DNA of 62,596 bases, counting the filler, from Rhabdomonas costata (Eukaryota): the NCBI GenBank assembly GCA_019059605.1. It is 21 parts of 21 records of this genome, joined end to end, with 100 filler letters (N's around TTAATTAATTAA, not from the genome) between each part and the next. Parts side by side here need not be neighbours in the genome. Positions count along the whole stretch, not along the records: positions 50,815 to 53,685 come from JAHMHO010001842.1; positions 53,786 to 56,655 come from JAHMHO010001843.1; positions 56,756 to 59,626 come from JAHMHO010001844.1; positions 59,727 to 62,596 come from JAHMHO010001845.1; 17 more parts are not named here. One strand, written 5' to 3'. The translations under genes were made by a program, and so were the position numbers. The notes beneath the pieces were generated by a model. It was not told the DNA's origin. It saw only the letters and a list, made by a program, of their open reading frames with translations, and did no database searches. Position 1 is the first letter of the stretch, and each line of letters begins with the position of its first letter. Of this stretch, positions 50,815 through 62,596 are shown in pieces.

Positions 50815-52950
50815 GGTGGTGTGTGAAGAGGATTATGCCCAGCGGAGGAAGACGCGGAGGACGAATCTTAGGCGTCCGAGCGACTCGAACAGGCGTATTT
50901 CACATGCAAAAGTGGAGGATGAGTGCACCAGACGATTCATATCTGTTCAGAGAAAAGGAAGTGAAGCAGACGGATCAGTCACTATGCTCGGAGAGATAAT
51001 TCAGATTCAGCTTCAGATGATTCGTAGGATGATTCAGATAAAGATGTTGGCGGACCAAATTGAACCCAGTTTCAGAGGGATGTGCCACGGATGGAGCGCA
51101 GGACAGTCCGAAAAGTGCAGCGCCGTCGACTCAAGGGTTTAGTAGGAGCGAAGACAAGTGCTCTCGGGCAAGTGTTGCACCGTGATGAGTATGAGTGCGA
51201 AGGACATAGAGTTGGTTCCAGATCTGTTGGAAAGCAAGACACGGGGAGAGGTCGTACCCTGAAGAGGGAGCGACTTCGGCTCAACCGCCAGCGATGAAGA
51301 GAGCAGTAGAGCAACCAAAGAAGCCACTTTCGGATCCATACTTCGAGGATTCCATTGCTATCAGAGGCTATAGGCAATGTCCTTGTGCTCAAGAGGATTA
51401 CACAGACGGAAGGAGGACGGTTGATGGATTTCGAGCCTACGGAGGAGTTGTTGGCAAAGAAGTTGTTCTTGAGGACGGACTGTTTCGGAGTAGAGGTAAC
51501 AGTTCAGTAGATTGCTGCGATGGGTGTGCTGAACATTTTCACAGTTGTTTTTATAAGCTGTTGTACTGCCAAAGGACAAAGGACCTTGCCGCAGCCATCC
51601 CCAGGACCATCCACTACCAGACATTTACAGGCAAATCCAGAGGATGGGAAAGGTAGGGAGTCATGGCAGCAAGTAGGCCACAGAAACAAGTGGGGATGAG
51701 GCGAAAAGGGTGTGTTAGTGTGCAAATATCCAGTTTGGACAATCCAGAGAAGACCATGGCGATGGGCATGGAGTTCTTGGAATATGCCAGCGAAGTGGTG
51801 GAATCCAAGAGGCCACATGACCAGACCAGTAAGTGGAAAAAGCTATAGGAGTTTAGGAGAGAGGGAGAACGTGAGCAGCTCGCTACACTTTTGGTAACGA
51901 TTGAACAGTTTGTCCCAAGGGCAGGAATACGCGAGGTCAAGAAGTCTCGTTGGACAGTGCGGTTGTCCAGAGAGTTGGCATGGGCATACACAGTTCCTGA
52001 GGGACATATATGTAATTGGACGTCAACGACGAGCGCCATTTGCTGTGTCCACAGCATATCTGACGAGGCCAGAGTTTGACGACCCACCAAAAGTGACTAA
52101 CGAAGTGGATAGGTATTGTTGATATTGTGCAGAGAATATAATTCGCCTGTTGAAGTGCAGCACGGGAAAGGCAGGTACAACGTTTGGGCAGGCATTGCAC
52201 AGGCTGAAGTCTGTCATCATGACGATGAAGCCAGACACGCTGATGATCGAAGAGACCATCACGCACGGTGTAATACGTAATACCCCAGAGTTAGGGTGAA
52301 ACAGCCCTATGCATCGTCTCCAGAGGAACAGGCTGAGGTATTGTATCCCCCCAATTTTGCCGTGGGTAGAACAAATCAAGTCACTTCGGACAGAATATGC
52401 GGGAAGTTCCCGTTTCGAAAGTGAGGAGAAGCTGGACCACTGTGTGTTGGTAGAGTGCTTGTGTTACACAGTTTACGGATTGCCAGGTTGAAGAGTGGGG
52501 AATTTCGTGAACGACATTAACCAGGCATTTTACCCTGGACAATGAGGTGTATTCCAAGAGCCTGGGGAAGTACATCGCGTTTAGATCCCACCTGGCTGAG
52601 ATCCCAGCGGCGAGCAGCCGACTGAGCCAAAAGAATTGCAGATGCGATGGTGGAGATAAAGGCTGGCAAGGATGAAAATACAATCCTCAGGAAAACCACA
52701 AAATCAACTTCGCAGTACAGCACACAGGCAGCCTCACCAGCAGTACAACTTTTCTACAATCCTCATGGCACATTTTCATTTGCTTTTATGGAGTTTTTGC
52801 CAGCTAGGATCGAGATGAATATCCAGCAGATGAAAGAGATTTGGAGATGAGCAGATGGAGAATTAAAAGAGGAACAAGTTGATGTTCTTCAGCGCCTATT
52901 TCAAGAGATTTAGGAGAAGATCCCGATAAAGGTCTGAATATCGACGTCTA
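50815..52950 (+). mobile_element. Decayed gag-like retroelement region related to the 9548-11829 element
   Basis: ~51710-51810 reads CKYPV/LDNPEKTMAMGMEFLEYASEVVES versus CKFPVLNNTERIMVIDMEFIEYSSEVVES at ~11115-11200 (minus strand). Purine-rich with many stops and no intron signals. Confidence 0.6.
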
Positions 52951-53270
52951 CCGTGGGATGAATTTGGATTGCGTTTGCTTTGGGTGTACTATGGTTTCTG
53001 CAGAGCATTTGGGTCGTAAATTGAAAGCCATTTGCCCATTTTACAGGTCACGGCCAAATAGCTCAGCGGAGCGAGATTGGAAGGCTGGAAGGAGTGGAGC
53101 TACAGGTTCAGCTCGTCTGTCTCACTTTGGCTGTGTGTTTGTGCCATGTTTCCTTGCATGCCTTGTCTTTTTTTGGGGCGGGAAACTGGTGGACTGCAGG
53201 GCTCAGGTGAGAGGCTTTTGCTCTGACTGGGTAAGGGGGACGATGAAAATCTGCAAAGCCCACTTTCTTC

Positions 53271-53685
53271 CCCTATCCCTATTGCGCCAACGAGGTGCCC
53301 GAGGACCTGCAGCACCTGTGGTGGGACTGCGCCGCGTGGGACCATGTTCGTCGTGAACACCCTGCTGCCGTCGGTGCATGGCGTCCTCCTGGCCGCGGTG
53401 TCTCGCCCTCTGCGGCATCATGCTGACGGGGATGTACGACGACCTGGCCGAACGGGTACAAGTTGCTACTGCGGTGCAGATGATGATGGCGTCCGTCCTT
53501 CGGGTCCGCCATGATTAGAACACCCGGCCTTCTGGGTATCCCTGGGGCTGGCGACCTCCTGGCCCGCACGAGCGCTTCGCGGTGGACTTGCTGGACCTGC
53601 CTCTTCCTCGGAAGCTGTACAGCGTCTGCAAGCACGCCCAATACGTTGCCCTGTACGCCTACCTAGCTGGCGTGGCCCCAACAAA
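53271..53685 (+). mobile_element. Non-LTR (LINE) retrotransposon C-terminal zinc-knuckle relic
   Basis: (Y)PYCANEVPEDLQHLWWDCAAWDHVRR, then after a frameshift WPRCLALCGI, with an internal stop. Confidence 0.7.
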
Positions 53686-54108
53686 NNNNNNNNNNNNNNN
53701 NNNNNNNNNNNNNNNNNNNNNNNNNNNNNTTAATTAATTAANNNNNNNNNNNNNNNNNNNNNNNNNNNNNNNNNNNNNNNNNNNNTGTGTGTGGTAAAGA
53801 GGGGGGGGGTTCGACCTTGCAGTGTGGTTGATAAGTGCGTCGGGAAACTCGAGGCACGTGAAAAGCCGCGAGAAGTGCGGCGTGCGATTCGGCTCCGTAT
53901 GGATTTCACGTCGGCGATGGTGTTCCATTCTGTTGCAAACCTGGAACACCACCACTCCCATCCTCATCACCACCACCATGCACACACACACTCGCTCGCT
54001 CACTCACTCACTCGCTTGCTCTTGTGCGGCGATGAGCACGAGCATATGTGCATGAGCATGAGTTTGGTGGTGGTGCGGTGTTTATCATGTGTGGCTATCG
54101 GTTCGCAG

Positions 54109-55612
54109 GGAGAACCTCTCCGCGTTTGCCCCGCTGATCCACACCCGCGCCGCGGCGCGGTGCCTGTGGAGACTTCTGGTGGTGGGGCTGACCTTCCGCC
54201 ACGGCCTCGCGAAGAACTCCGCCACCACCCGATTGGCGGCCCGCGCCGCTCTGGCTACAGACACCCTCCCACCTGGAGGCACCTCCCCCACGGCCACTAC
54301 CACAGGGGGCCCCGATTTTGGCACCCTCCAAGGCCTCCCCGATCAAGGTGGGGGGAAGTGGGGCATCAGTTTCGCTTTGGCAGGGCCAAGAAAGAAGGCC
54401 ATAGTGAGCGGTAGTAACACTCCTTCTAGAAGAGAATTGGGGCGTTGAGGCGAGGTGGGCGAGAATTCTCCCTTGATGTAGTGTTTGCAGCTGTGCAGCA
54501 GTGGCTACCTTGTGCATACAAAGCACCGCAATTGCCCCCGGATTCTGTGTGCGGTGCAGGCGTTCTCGTAAAGCTGGGATGACCACAGCTGTCGCTCCAA
54601 CCTCAGTGTGTTTCCACGCGTAGCCTTAACTCCTGCCACACCGCACCCGTGGAGAATGGGCCAGGGTTGTGGGACTGCGGGCTTCCACACGTTTTGCTTG
54701 CGGCACATTATCACCACTTTTTTGGGCAGGGGGTCCTGTTGCAACTCATAGACGTCACTGCGGATACCCGTGGTGGGGGCCCCTCCGTGGATCTCCGGCC
54801 CTGGCTTACCGACGATGCCCTGTCGTGCGCCCTGGAGCTTTTGGCTTTCCGGGTGACGCCCCCACCCCACCCCATTTTCACCCTTCTTCCCTTGTTTGGC
54901 TTGTCAGAAGTGGGCCAGGCCACCGCATTCCTGCGATGGCAAGAATAGAACATGGAGGACTGAATGACTGGATACATCGATCGTCGGGACTAATTATCCC
55001 CTCCCTCCTTCCGTGCATTGCAAAGCTTTGGTGCAGCCGCCACACAATAACACAGTCGCAATCAGTCCCCCAAATGATGAAATTGGAGAAGCTGAGCAAC
55101 AGAAATGGGGGTGGAGGTGCGTGCTCAACTATACAGTTTATACATTTTATACATTTATACATTTATATGTATGCTCCGATTTTTTCTTTGCATTGGCCAT
55201 AACTTGCTTCTATCTGGTCCGGAGGTGCTTTCTTTCTCGCTGGAAGAACTGGAAGAAGCGGGGAAAATAGCACCTTGCACTCGTTTTTTTGTCTTAGGTT
55301 CACCGGATGTTCAGCGCCGGACTGGCTGACCTGGACACCCTCAACTCTGCCACGCAGTACATCAGTCGCCTGTTGGGTGTGTATGTCTGCTTGTGTTTGT
55401 CTGCTTGGGGTTAGAGTGCGAATTCGTGGAGATGTGGACAACTCCCGATAACATATCAGAAGGTTTGTGTGCACGTTTTACACTTGTGTGGGGGGGTGGC
55501 CTTTCCAGGGATGCAGTCACACCGCATCATGCGGAGGATGTTGCGGTGCAACATCCGCCTGCTGCTGAACAACGTCCTCTCCGTCGACACCATCACCCCG
55601 TTCATTGCCAAA
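54109..55612 (+). CDS. Unknown protein, exons 54109-54347 and 55509-55612
   Basis: CAG acceptors and GT donors join in phase (..GLPDQGMQSHRIMRRMLRCNIRLLLNNVLSVDTITPFIAK). Confidence 0.5.
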
Positions 55613-56755
55613 GTGCGTCTTTGTGTTTGTGTATGCTAATTGATGGCAAGGGCGAGATCAGTGGCTGGACGATAATGTGCGCGGGGATTTGTTTCCCAGC
55701 TCCCCGTGAGGAGTTTTTTCCTGCCGTCGTCAGCACCCGAAATTACCAGCATTAAAACGCCCCCTGCTTTGTCTTGAGTTGTGCGCCGCTTTTCGTGCAC
55801 CATTAACTTTTGACTTTTTTCAAAATTCCTGCTCCCGAAAAGGAAATGCTTGGTCACGCTTCACGAACGCGGGGCTGCATTACAAAAAGCCTTTCCCATC
55901 CCATCACCTCCATTGCAAAGGACCTGTGCCATTTTTCGGTGTGTATTCTGCTGAATAGGACGCCCAGCGGTGCCTGCAGGAGCTCAACGCCTATGCACTT
56001 CACGTGGCCAGCGCGGCGCCCGCGGGATACCTTCCCCAGGTCAGCAGAACGGAAAGAAATGGGTGCTGATGAGGAAACTTCCGTTATATCTGCTTTCCTC
56101 ACTTTCTGCACGATGGTTTCACCAAGATACTTTCAGTTTTCTTCCGTAACAGGTGGTCGTTGTGTGTAGTTGTATTTTTTTTTGCAAACGGAAGTGTGTG
56201 TGTGTGTGTGCATTGAATGCATCACAATGCCTTTTATAGCCATTGCAGGCTGCCGCTCACCATCTGCAAAATGAAAGCCCCCCTCAGTACCCTCTCAGTA
56301 TTGATTTGTTCAGCGCTGGTTAAGTACCACAGCCGCATTCGCTTGGGCGTCTGGTAGAAGCAATGCTGATTGTTCAAGACAGCGTTACATGTGATGCAGA
56401 CCTTTGAGGCCCTTTTGAAGACCGATTCCGAGATTTCTCGGAATGCTCTCCAGAATAAGAATGAGGGATGTGTCCACCCGTCGCTGTGACTTACCAGCGC
56501 CACTTTTTGGGGCTGGTGCAATGGGTGCTCAGCCAGCGTTGCCAAACCATTCAGCCTCCAGAGCCAGCAGAAACACCAGAAGAGCCACCACCAAACAACT
56601 TCAGAGCCTCACCACTCGGAAAGCGACCTGCCCTAATCAGGCTCCACCCACCCACNNNNNNNNNNNNNNNNNNNNNNNNNNNNNNNNNNNNNNNNNNNNT
56701 TAATTAATTAANNNNNNNNNNNNNNNNNNNNNNNNNNNNNNNNNNNNNNNNNNNN

Positions 56756-57487
56756 GGAGGAAAAAGAACGAGCTGAAACCCAATAGAGGAAAAGAAAGCA
56801 TAATACGCCTGAAAAGCCTTCACGGCAGACTTGAACCGCGCCGTCGGGCTGAGGGCCAGCCGGGGGTTGGGAGGTAAGCCGAACATTTCGGGTCGTCCCC
56901 CGAAGCCGGTCTTCCCGGCGGGCGGAGTCGTAAACGGAGCGCAGGTGATCGTTGGAAAGAATCTGATAGTGACGAGGAGCAAAACAAAGACAATGAAAAG
57001 CAGCTTGAAGGTAGCATACTCGGAAGCCATATTGAACCGAAGCCAGCAGCATGTGCATGTGTAGATGGATTATTCTAAAGAAGAGCCACCGGAGTTGGGT
57101 GAACGAGCAAAGGGGCACAACCAGAATGGGCACAGAGCTCAAACAGGTCCTGAAGCATGCATTTGCATTTTCTGAATGTGGCAAGCGTATCTGACTGCAG
57201 TGCGGTTCCCAACGTTGCGGGAGCTTATTTGGATCCTGTGGATGCAGTCAGGCAGAACTGCGGTTATTTGCTACACCGAATGGAATCGTGTAGATCCATG
57301 TTTCTTATGTTTGAAGGTGGGCAGAGAAGGCTCAGAGACTCAAATCCTTAACCTGGGCCCGTGCGCGGCGGTAAGGCTGCAAGGAAAACCGGAGGAACGG
57401 AATGGAGGAAAAAGAACGAGCTGAAACCCAATAGAGGAAAAGAAAGCATAATACGCCTGAAAAGCCTTCACGGCAGACTTGAACCGC
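56756..57487. repeat. Exact 84-bp direct duplication (56756-56839 = 57404-57487)
   Basis: Identical text spanning the end of DnaJ exon 3 and its donor; one copy sits at the contig end. Confidence 0.95.
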
Positions 57488-58331
57488 TCGACTTGAGGAG
57501 CCCCATGCCCAGCACGATCTGGATGGTACAAAAGAGCCTGCAAAGCCACAAACAAGCCTACAAAAAAGCAAGGGTTAATGAGTCTACACAGTAGATGAAG
57601 CGTAGACCCTTCGGGCCACCGGGTTGTGACACGGCACAAGGCAAGCCACCTTCAAACCACAGAAGAATAGCCCCAACGGAGCTGAAACTGAAGGAGGGAT
57701 CGCCAGTATGGAAAGGTTTCCGGTACCACCAATACCAATAATAGAGCAACCGTGGAGAAGAGGACACCGTGGTCTTTTCCATGTGTCTCTTCCATGGAAA
57801 GTCGGGGGGTCAAAGAGTCCAGAGTGAGTGGGAAGGGGAGCTTACCTGCTGCTTGAAGGCGGACTTGATCAGTGCAGGTGAGGCATCCTCCGGAACTTGC
57901 AAAACCTTTCGTTCAGAGAAGAAAACGGAGAGTTGATGGAGGAGTACCAATATTATGTCACGGGTGTGGTCGTGCGCTCAGCCCGTTATGTGCGCTAAAA
58001 CCTACTGAGTCGAAGAATCGCAAACCCCCAAGTAGTGAAAAGGCAGGATGGACAAGAGCACCCGGCCGTATGACAGAATATTGTACACTTTTAACCTTGC
58101 GCACACCTTGTAGTAGTCTGTGTCATCGAGGGCAGAGCTGTCCAAAGAAGTTGGCTGATGCCCAAGCCCCAGCCGGACAGGGACAGGTCCAGCCTCGACT
58201 GAACCAGTATGGGGAGCATCGCACCCAGGCACAGATGGAGGGGAAGGGGCCACAGAACGGGGCTTTGGAGGGACACGTCGAGGGTCAGATTTGGGCAGAA
58301 GGAAACCTTTGCCCAGCGCTGCCCGGGACAT
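56836..58331 (-). CDS. DnaJ/J-domain protein (5' part), exons 58331-58107, 57905-57846, 57537-57457, 56962-~56836
   Basis: Spliced DYYKVLQVPEDASPALIKSAFKQQALLYHPDR..ERFKSAVKAFQILSNDHLRSVYD with intact HPD. The third intron is GC-AG. Confidence 0.9.
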
Positions 58332-58860
58332 TGTCACACGGGCACCCCACTCACAGACATCCCAAAAAAATCTCAACAAGAAATTAGGGTCAGAAATCGG
58401 CTGTAATTATTGATTTGAATTGAATTGAAAAACGGGCTTCACGCGGACAAGGAAGGGCCGTGTGTGACACTACAACAACAAACCAAACAACCCAACAAAC
58501 ACCTTTTCCCATGTTCCTTCGCTCCTTAGGGCGCACTCAGCGAACGAAATGTAACGACGTGCTTGCAGACTAGCGACCAGACCACAGCAGACCCATTCAA
58601 TCGTTTCATTAACTACTGGTAACCTGATTAATTATGTTTGAAAATTCCCACCACATGATCGACCCAGACCAAGGATAGATTTAAGCCCCCAAACGGGGCC
58701 GTCTCACACAGCTTAGCCTCAAACTACCTAAAGTCAAAGTCTGGTTTCTCTGCATCTCAATGGCTAATCGGAGTAAGAAGTAAGATCAGTGGTTAACACC
58801 CACCCCTCTTCTCCTAAAAAAACCTCTTTTTCTGATCTCATCGCCATACACAACCCACAT

Positions 58861-59626
58861 TCACTCCTCAAGCGGCAACGTCCGGCGCAGCCATGTCAGA
58901 AAGTCTACTTTGACGGCATCACGCCTCAGCCCTCCCAAGTGCTGCATCCGTTCGAGAATCTGCCCCTTTCGGCGGCTGTCTCCTGCCTGCGCACTGTGCC
59001 CCCAAAGAAGCTCCAAGAGCTCTGGCTCAAATATGAAGTCCAGAGCAGAGCCTTCAATGGAATTGGAACCCACATCGCCCCACAAAGGCTTCGCAGGAAG
59101 GCTGGCGAAGCAGCTCAGCAGCAGCCGTCCCGCGAGGTACAGATCGGGTGAGGGGGGCAGAAACTGATGCAGCACGGCTGCCTCAGCCAGGTGATGAGTC
59201 TTGATGCAGCACTGGATGGAAATCAAACACAAAAATATCGGCCCGTAGGATATTGCTTGATGCAGGCGAACGCAATTAAAACCGTAATGAAAACAGTTCA
59301 CAATGACCTCGGCGTACGGGAACAAAACACTGCGTGATTGTCCAATTGCGCAATTCACAATGAGGAGTGAAGGAGGACAACGAACTCTCATTTCGAATGG
59401 TGGCTCGGCAGCCAATTTCGCAACAAACAAAATGGCGGCATCTGGCAAACAAAAAAACGTAGGATTTGGCAAACGTGCATTTTTCACACGAAAAATAACG
59501 ACAAAATGAACGGTAACCGATGATACCTTGAGAAGGTTAGCCAACACCAAACTCTCTTCAGGATCGCAGGACTCCAGATCAATCGCTTCCGCGTACAAAG
59601 CAAGCGCTCGGCCATAACACCCCACA
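58861..59626 (-). CDS. INTS8: Integrator complex subunit 8-like C-terminus, exons 59626-59527 and 59211-58861
   Basis: YGRALALYAEA..LANLLKCCIKTHHLAEAAVLHQFL..D..A..LDFIFEPELLELL..AGDSRRK..KVDFLTWL parallels the recalled INTS8 C-terminus (ALHYYLQA..MIKCC..QVAILCQFL..YDYIWDVTILEYL..RGE..KKKFLQAM). Confidence 0.65.
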
Positions 59627-60319
59627 NNNNNNNNNNNNNNNNNNNNNNNNNNNNNNNNNNNNNNNNNNNNTTAATTAATTAANNNNNNNNNNNNNNNNNN
59701 NNNNNNNNNNNNNNNNNNNNNNNNNNGGGTGTGTGTAATGGTGGGGTGGGGGCCCAGGGTGTGATGGAGGGTCGCATGCTACATGCCGGTAGCATGCTCC
59801 CGAGATGTGATGGTTCGGTATACTCCACACCATCTGGTGACCAAGAGATCTATGTCTCATCTCCTGAGGAGCGCATAAGCGTCTCGGATGATCAAAAAGT
59901 CCGAGCAGTGCAAGTAAGCGTCAACAGCTTCTCGCGCCCTGTGTGCAGTTCTGGTGAGCCATCGGTGGCACACGTGGCCACAGATTCAGTGAAGCTCTCT
60001 CCGCTTGGACATGATCTCTGGTGCGGTCTATATGGACGAAGAGGAGGAGTAGCACTGGACGTTGGTTGCGGACCAGGTGGACTATTATGTGGAAAACCAT
60101 GTCGCATCCAGGCAATGTGACGAGAAGCCAGTTTCACAGGATGACCTGGAGTGGAACGGACTGCCATTGCTGACGGTCTCTCCGGTTCATCAGCTGCCAT
60201 CTAGCAGCGTGCGTTTCCTCTAAGACATGATCTACCCATCCGAGTGGCAGTCAACAGCCAACAATGGCTAGATAATCGAGTAGAAATGCCATTCAGAGTA
60301 GCTCGCCATGACTCAGGAC

Positions 60320-60598
60320 ACCACACCATAGAGCCATGGTTGGAGCACCAAGCTGAGGTCTTACAACCAGAAGGAAGCCTTGTACCTAGGGTTCCGGCGT
60401 GAGTAGGAGGCCTTCAAGGCCGCTCGTGGTAACCTCCGGTAGGAGATCTTGTCGGGCTGGTCCAAGGATGAGCTCCGCTTGGTATACCTCGCCAGCGAAA
60501 TTCGGTATTGCCAACTGCAGCTGCGCTTGAATGTGCAGATCAATCAGGCAACGCGTAGCGCCCAGGAAGCGAACAGTGACAACGGTGAAGATCAATAA
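60320..60598 (+). pseudogene. Decayed coding relic, probably transposon-derived
   Basis: Protein-like frame YNQKEALYLGFRRE*EAFKAARGNLR*EILSGWSKDELRLVYL.. interrupted by TAG stops. Contig 59727-62596 lacks clear spliced genes. Confidence 0.3.
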
Positions 60599-62596
60599 GA
60601 CTCTTCACTCCCGGAGGCCCCATCCTAAGAACCTACAGCAAGGCAGTCAGGCTGGTAGCCGATAAAAACGCGCAGCTGATGTACCGTACGGAGATGTACT
60701 GTTGTGTGTAGAGCAGCGACCGCTGATGGTGACAAAATAGAAAGAGAAGCGAGAACGAGAGCGTTGGACTCCTCATCTGCGACGTTCACAGTGATCACCA
60801 TCAAGGACACAGGCCAAACCACAAGGATAGACCGTGGCACCACAAATCTGCCCACCTCGTGTCCAACCCGTAACGCCATCTCCAATTTTGAGATGAAGTA
60901 TGTGATGCGCGACATTCACTTAGTGGATATTCTGCCAATTTTCCTGCAACGACCTCCATTTACAAGCCAAAACCAACGCCTACTGCCACACTCTTGAGCT
61001 CTGCGGTGTAATCGCCCATGGAGGCTCACGCTTGAACCCTCGGTTCACACCACGTGCAACCCAGAGGACTCCACCGTCAGTGCGCGGGCGCTCGGGCACC
61101 AACCCGCGTCTCCATCAGCGAAACCCCTCCACGCATCTACTCAGATGCCGTGCGCCGTCGCCTATCCCCACACCAACCGCCCAATTCTCGGGGCGCCATC
61201 AGGCCACCAAGAAAGCACACGGCTATCACGGCGCACAACCTCATTTCAACGCCCGTCGTGTCTTCTGACACAAACAGCAGCACTGCTAACGCCAAAAACA
61301 AACAACAGATGTGCAGAACAAGCAGCACAATGACACGCCACACAGCACACAGCGCCAAGGCTCTGTGTGTGTTCGCGCTTTGTGTGTGTGTGTTTGTGGG
61401 TGTGGGTGTTTGCCTGTGACCGAGGCGCCAGTTCACGTGGGCCCGAGGAGTTACGGACTGGTTTTTCGTTCACCGGGCGTGTATGACAACTTCTTTGTCA
61501 CATGCGAGCATTCCCAGATCCAGGTTGCTTGCATTGGCATTCAGGCGCTAGAGGCGCTCTTTCTTCGTGGTGTTGAACGTCTGACTGCGCGCGTTTGCAG
61601 CTCTGCGGTGGCACCCGGAAAAGCAGTGCGAAGGTGGTTTGTACGGTTTCCACATGGTGATATCGATGAATGATGAGTCGGATAACCATCGCGTTGCTGA
61701 TATAGCCGTGTCCGTCGCTGCGTCTGCTGTTGCCTCATCTGGTGCTGCTACGGGCTGTGCTGCAGCTCCATCCATGGAGGTGGAGGCGGCATCAGTTGCT
61801 GTACGAAGACTGATATGCAGAAAAAGGCTACATTACCTGCTGTCAAATACGAGCCGCCAGGCAAGTGTGGACGATGTGGCCCAGTTCAGGCTTTCTGCAT
61901 GGTAAGGCTGCTTATGGTCGCATTCCCAAAGCAGAAGCAGGGTTACCGACGCCTTCATTGAGAAATGGACACTGCCTGAAGGAGTGTTTCTGGATCCATG
62001 TACCCAGTGTATTGCAGTCTAGCGCTTGTGCTACAAAAGACCTCGCTCAGAAACCATGGCAGTGATATAGAGGCACGTTTAGTCCGCTCAAACATCCGGT
62101 GCGGTCAGGACTCGGACAGACAGTGGAGTTGAACCTCCAGAAATAGACAAGTGGAGACCAGGAGCTGTGTAAAGCCGCTCGTACACCAGGTGCTCGCTGC
62201 GCCGAAGAACATCCACGAGGCGCTTGCACAGGTGATTTTGGAACGGCTGGAGGATGATGATAACCTCCCAAGACTCCATGCCTGGCAGGAAACCACGAAA
62301 GGAGATGGGAAGCAAGCCCAAGGTCAGCTGATGCATATGGACCACTATTAAGTTAGTGGATAGCACAAAGCGGTATTTATTACCAGCTCATGTCTTCCAC
62401 AATAATGCTGGGACCAAAAGATCAAGGTCCGCGGTTCCGGAGCTTGGACACACAAAAACGGCATGTGCATAGTCCTCGTTCTCCTCCGGGCAACAGAGGC
62501 ATGCAGGTGAGTACGCCAGACGGACCAGCCGAGCACTCGTGCTTAAAGTCCACGACCTGTCTCCTGAAATCACCTGGAGCACTTTCGGAGCCTCCG

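Noticed and set aside
54649-54948. Ulp1/C48 protease-like WLTDDAL motif
   Set aside because: No His-Asp-Cys catalytic motifs follow.
58861-59625. Long single-exon ORFs from the six-frame track (also 49219-50061, 19048-19842, 21374-22123)
   Set aside because: They are exon-plus-intron read-throughs or antisense shadows of GC-rich exons.
2883-59726. Regularly spaced TTAATTAATTAA motif as a biological repeat or CRISPR-like array
   Set aside because: It is embedded in N-runs of fixed length and is an assembly linker. Gene neighbourhoods across it are meaningless.
60361-60598. TAG reassigned to a sense codon
   Set aside because: None of the well-supported exons contains an in-frame TAG and the ATPase ends in TAG; these are pseudogene stops.

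Overview
This is not continuous DNA. It is 21 unrelated contigs of about 2.9 kb joined by identical 100-nt N-TTAATTAATTAA-N linkers, so nothing can be inferred across linkers. The content is an intron-rich eukaryotic nuclear genome, most likely a euglenozoan (euglenid-like). This is inferred from a kinetoplastid-type receptor adenylate cyclase, a bacterial-type class III cyclase, a HAMP sensor and a GH81 beta-1,3-glucanase. Hand-spliced partial genes include: hnRNP-Q acidic-domain protein, tandem J-like protein, CCCH zinc finger, cadherin-like surface proteins, P2C-type ATPase, RRP12, MORN-repeat protein, discoidin/F-type lectin protein, DnaJ and an INTS8-like protein. There are also decayed retroelements (one linking a Ty3/gypsy-type RNase H to a Dam-like methyltransferase) and a tRNA-derived SINE-like element with a structured tail. 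The most striking signal is in the RRP12-like gene: four exons needed to restore homology have no usable AG acceptor and are each directly preceded by CG, mostly after a pyrimidine-rich tract. This suggests a class of GT...CG introns coexisting with GT-AG/GC-AG introns. All family assignments come from motif recall, not from database searches.
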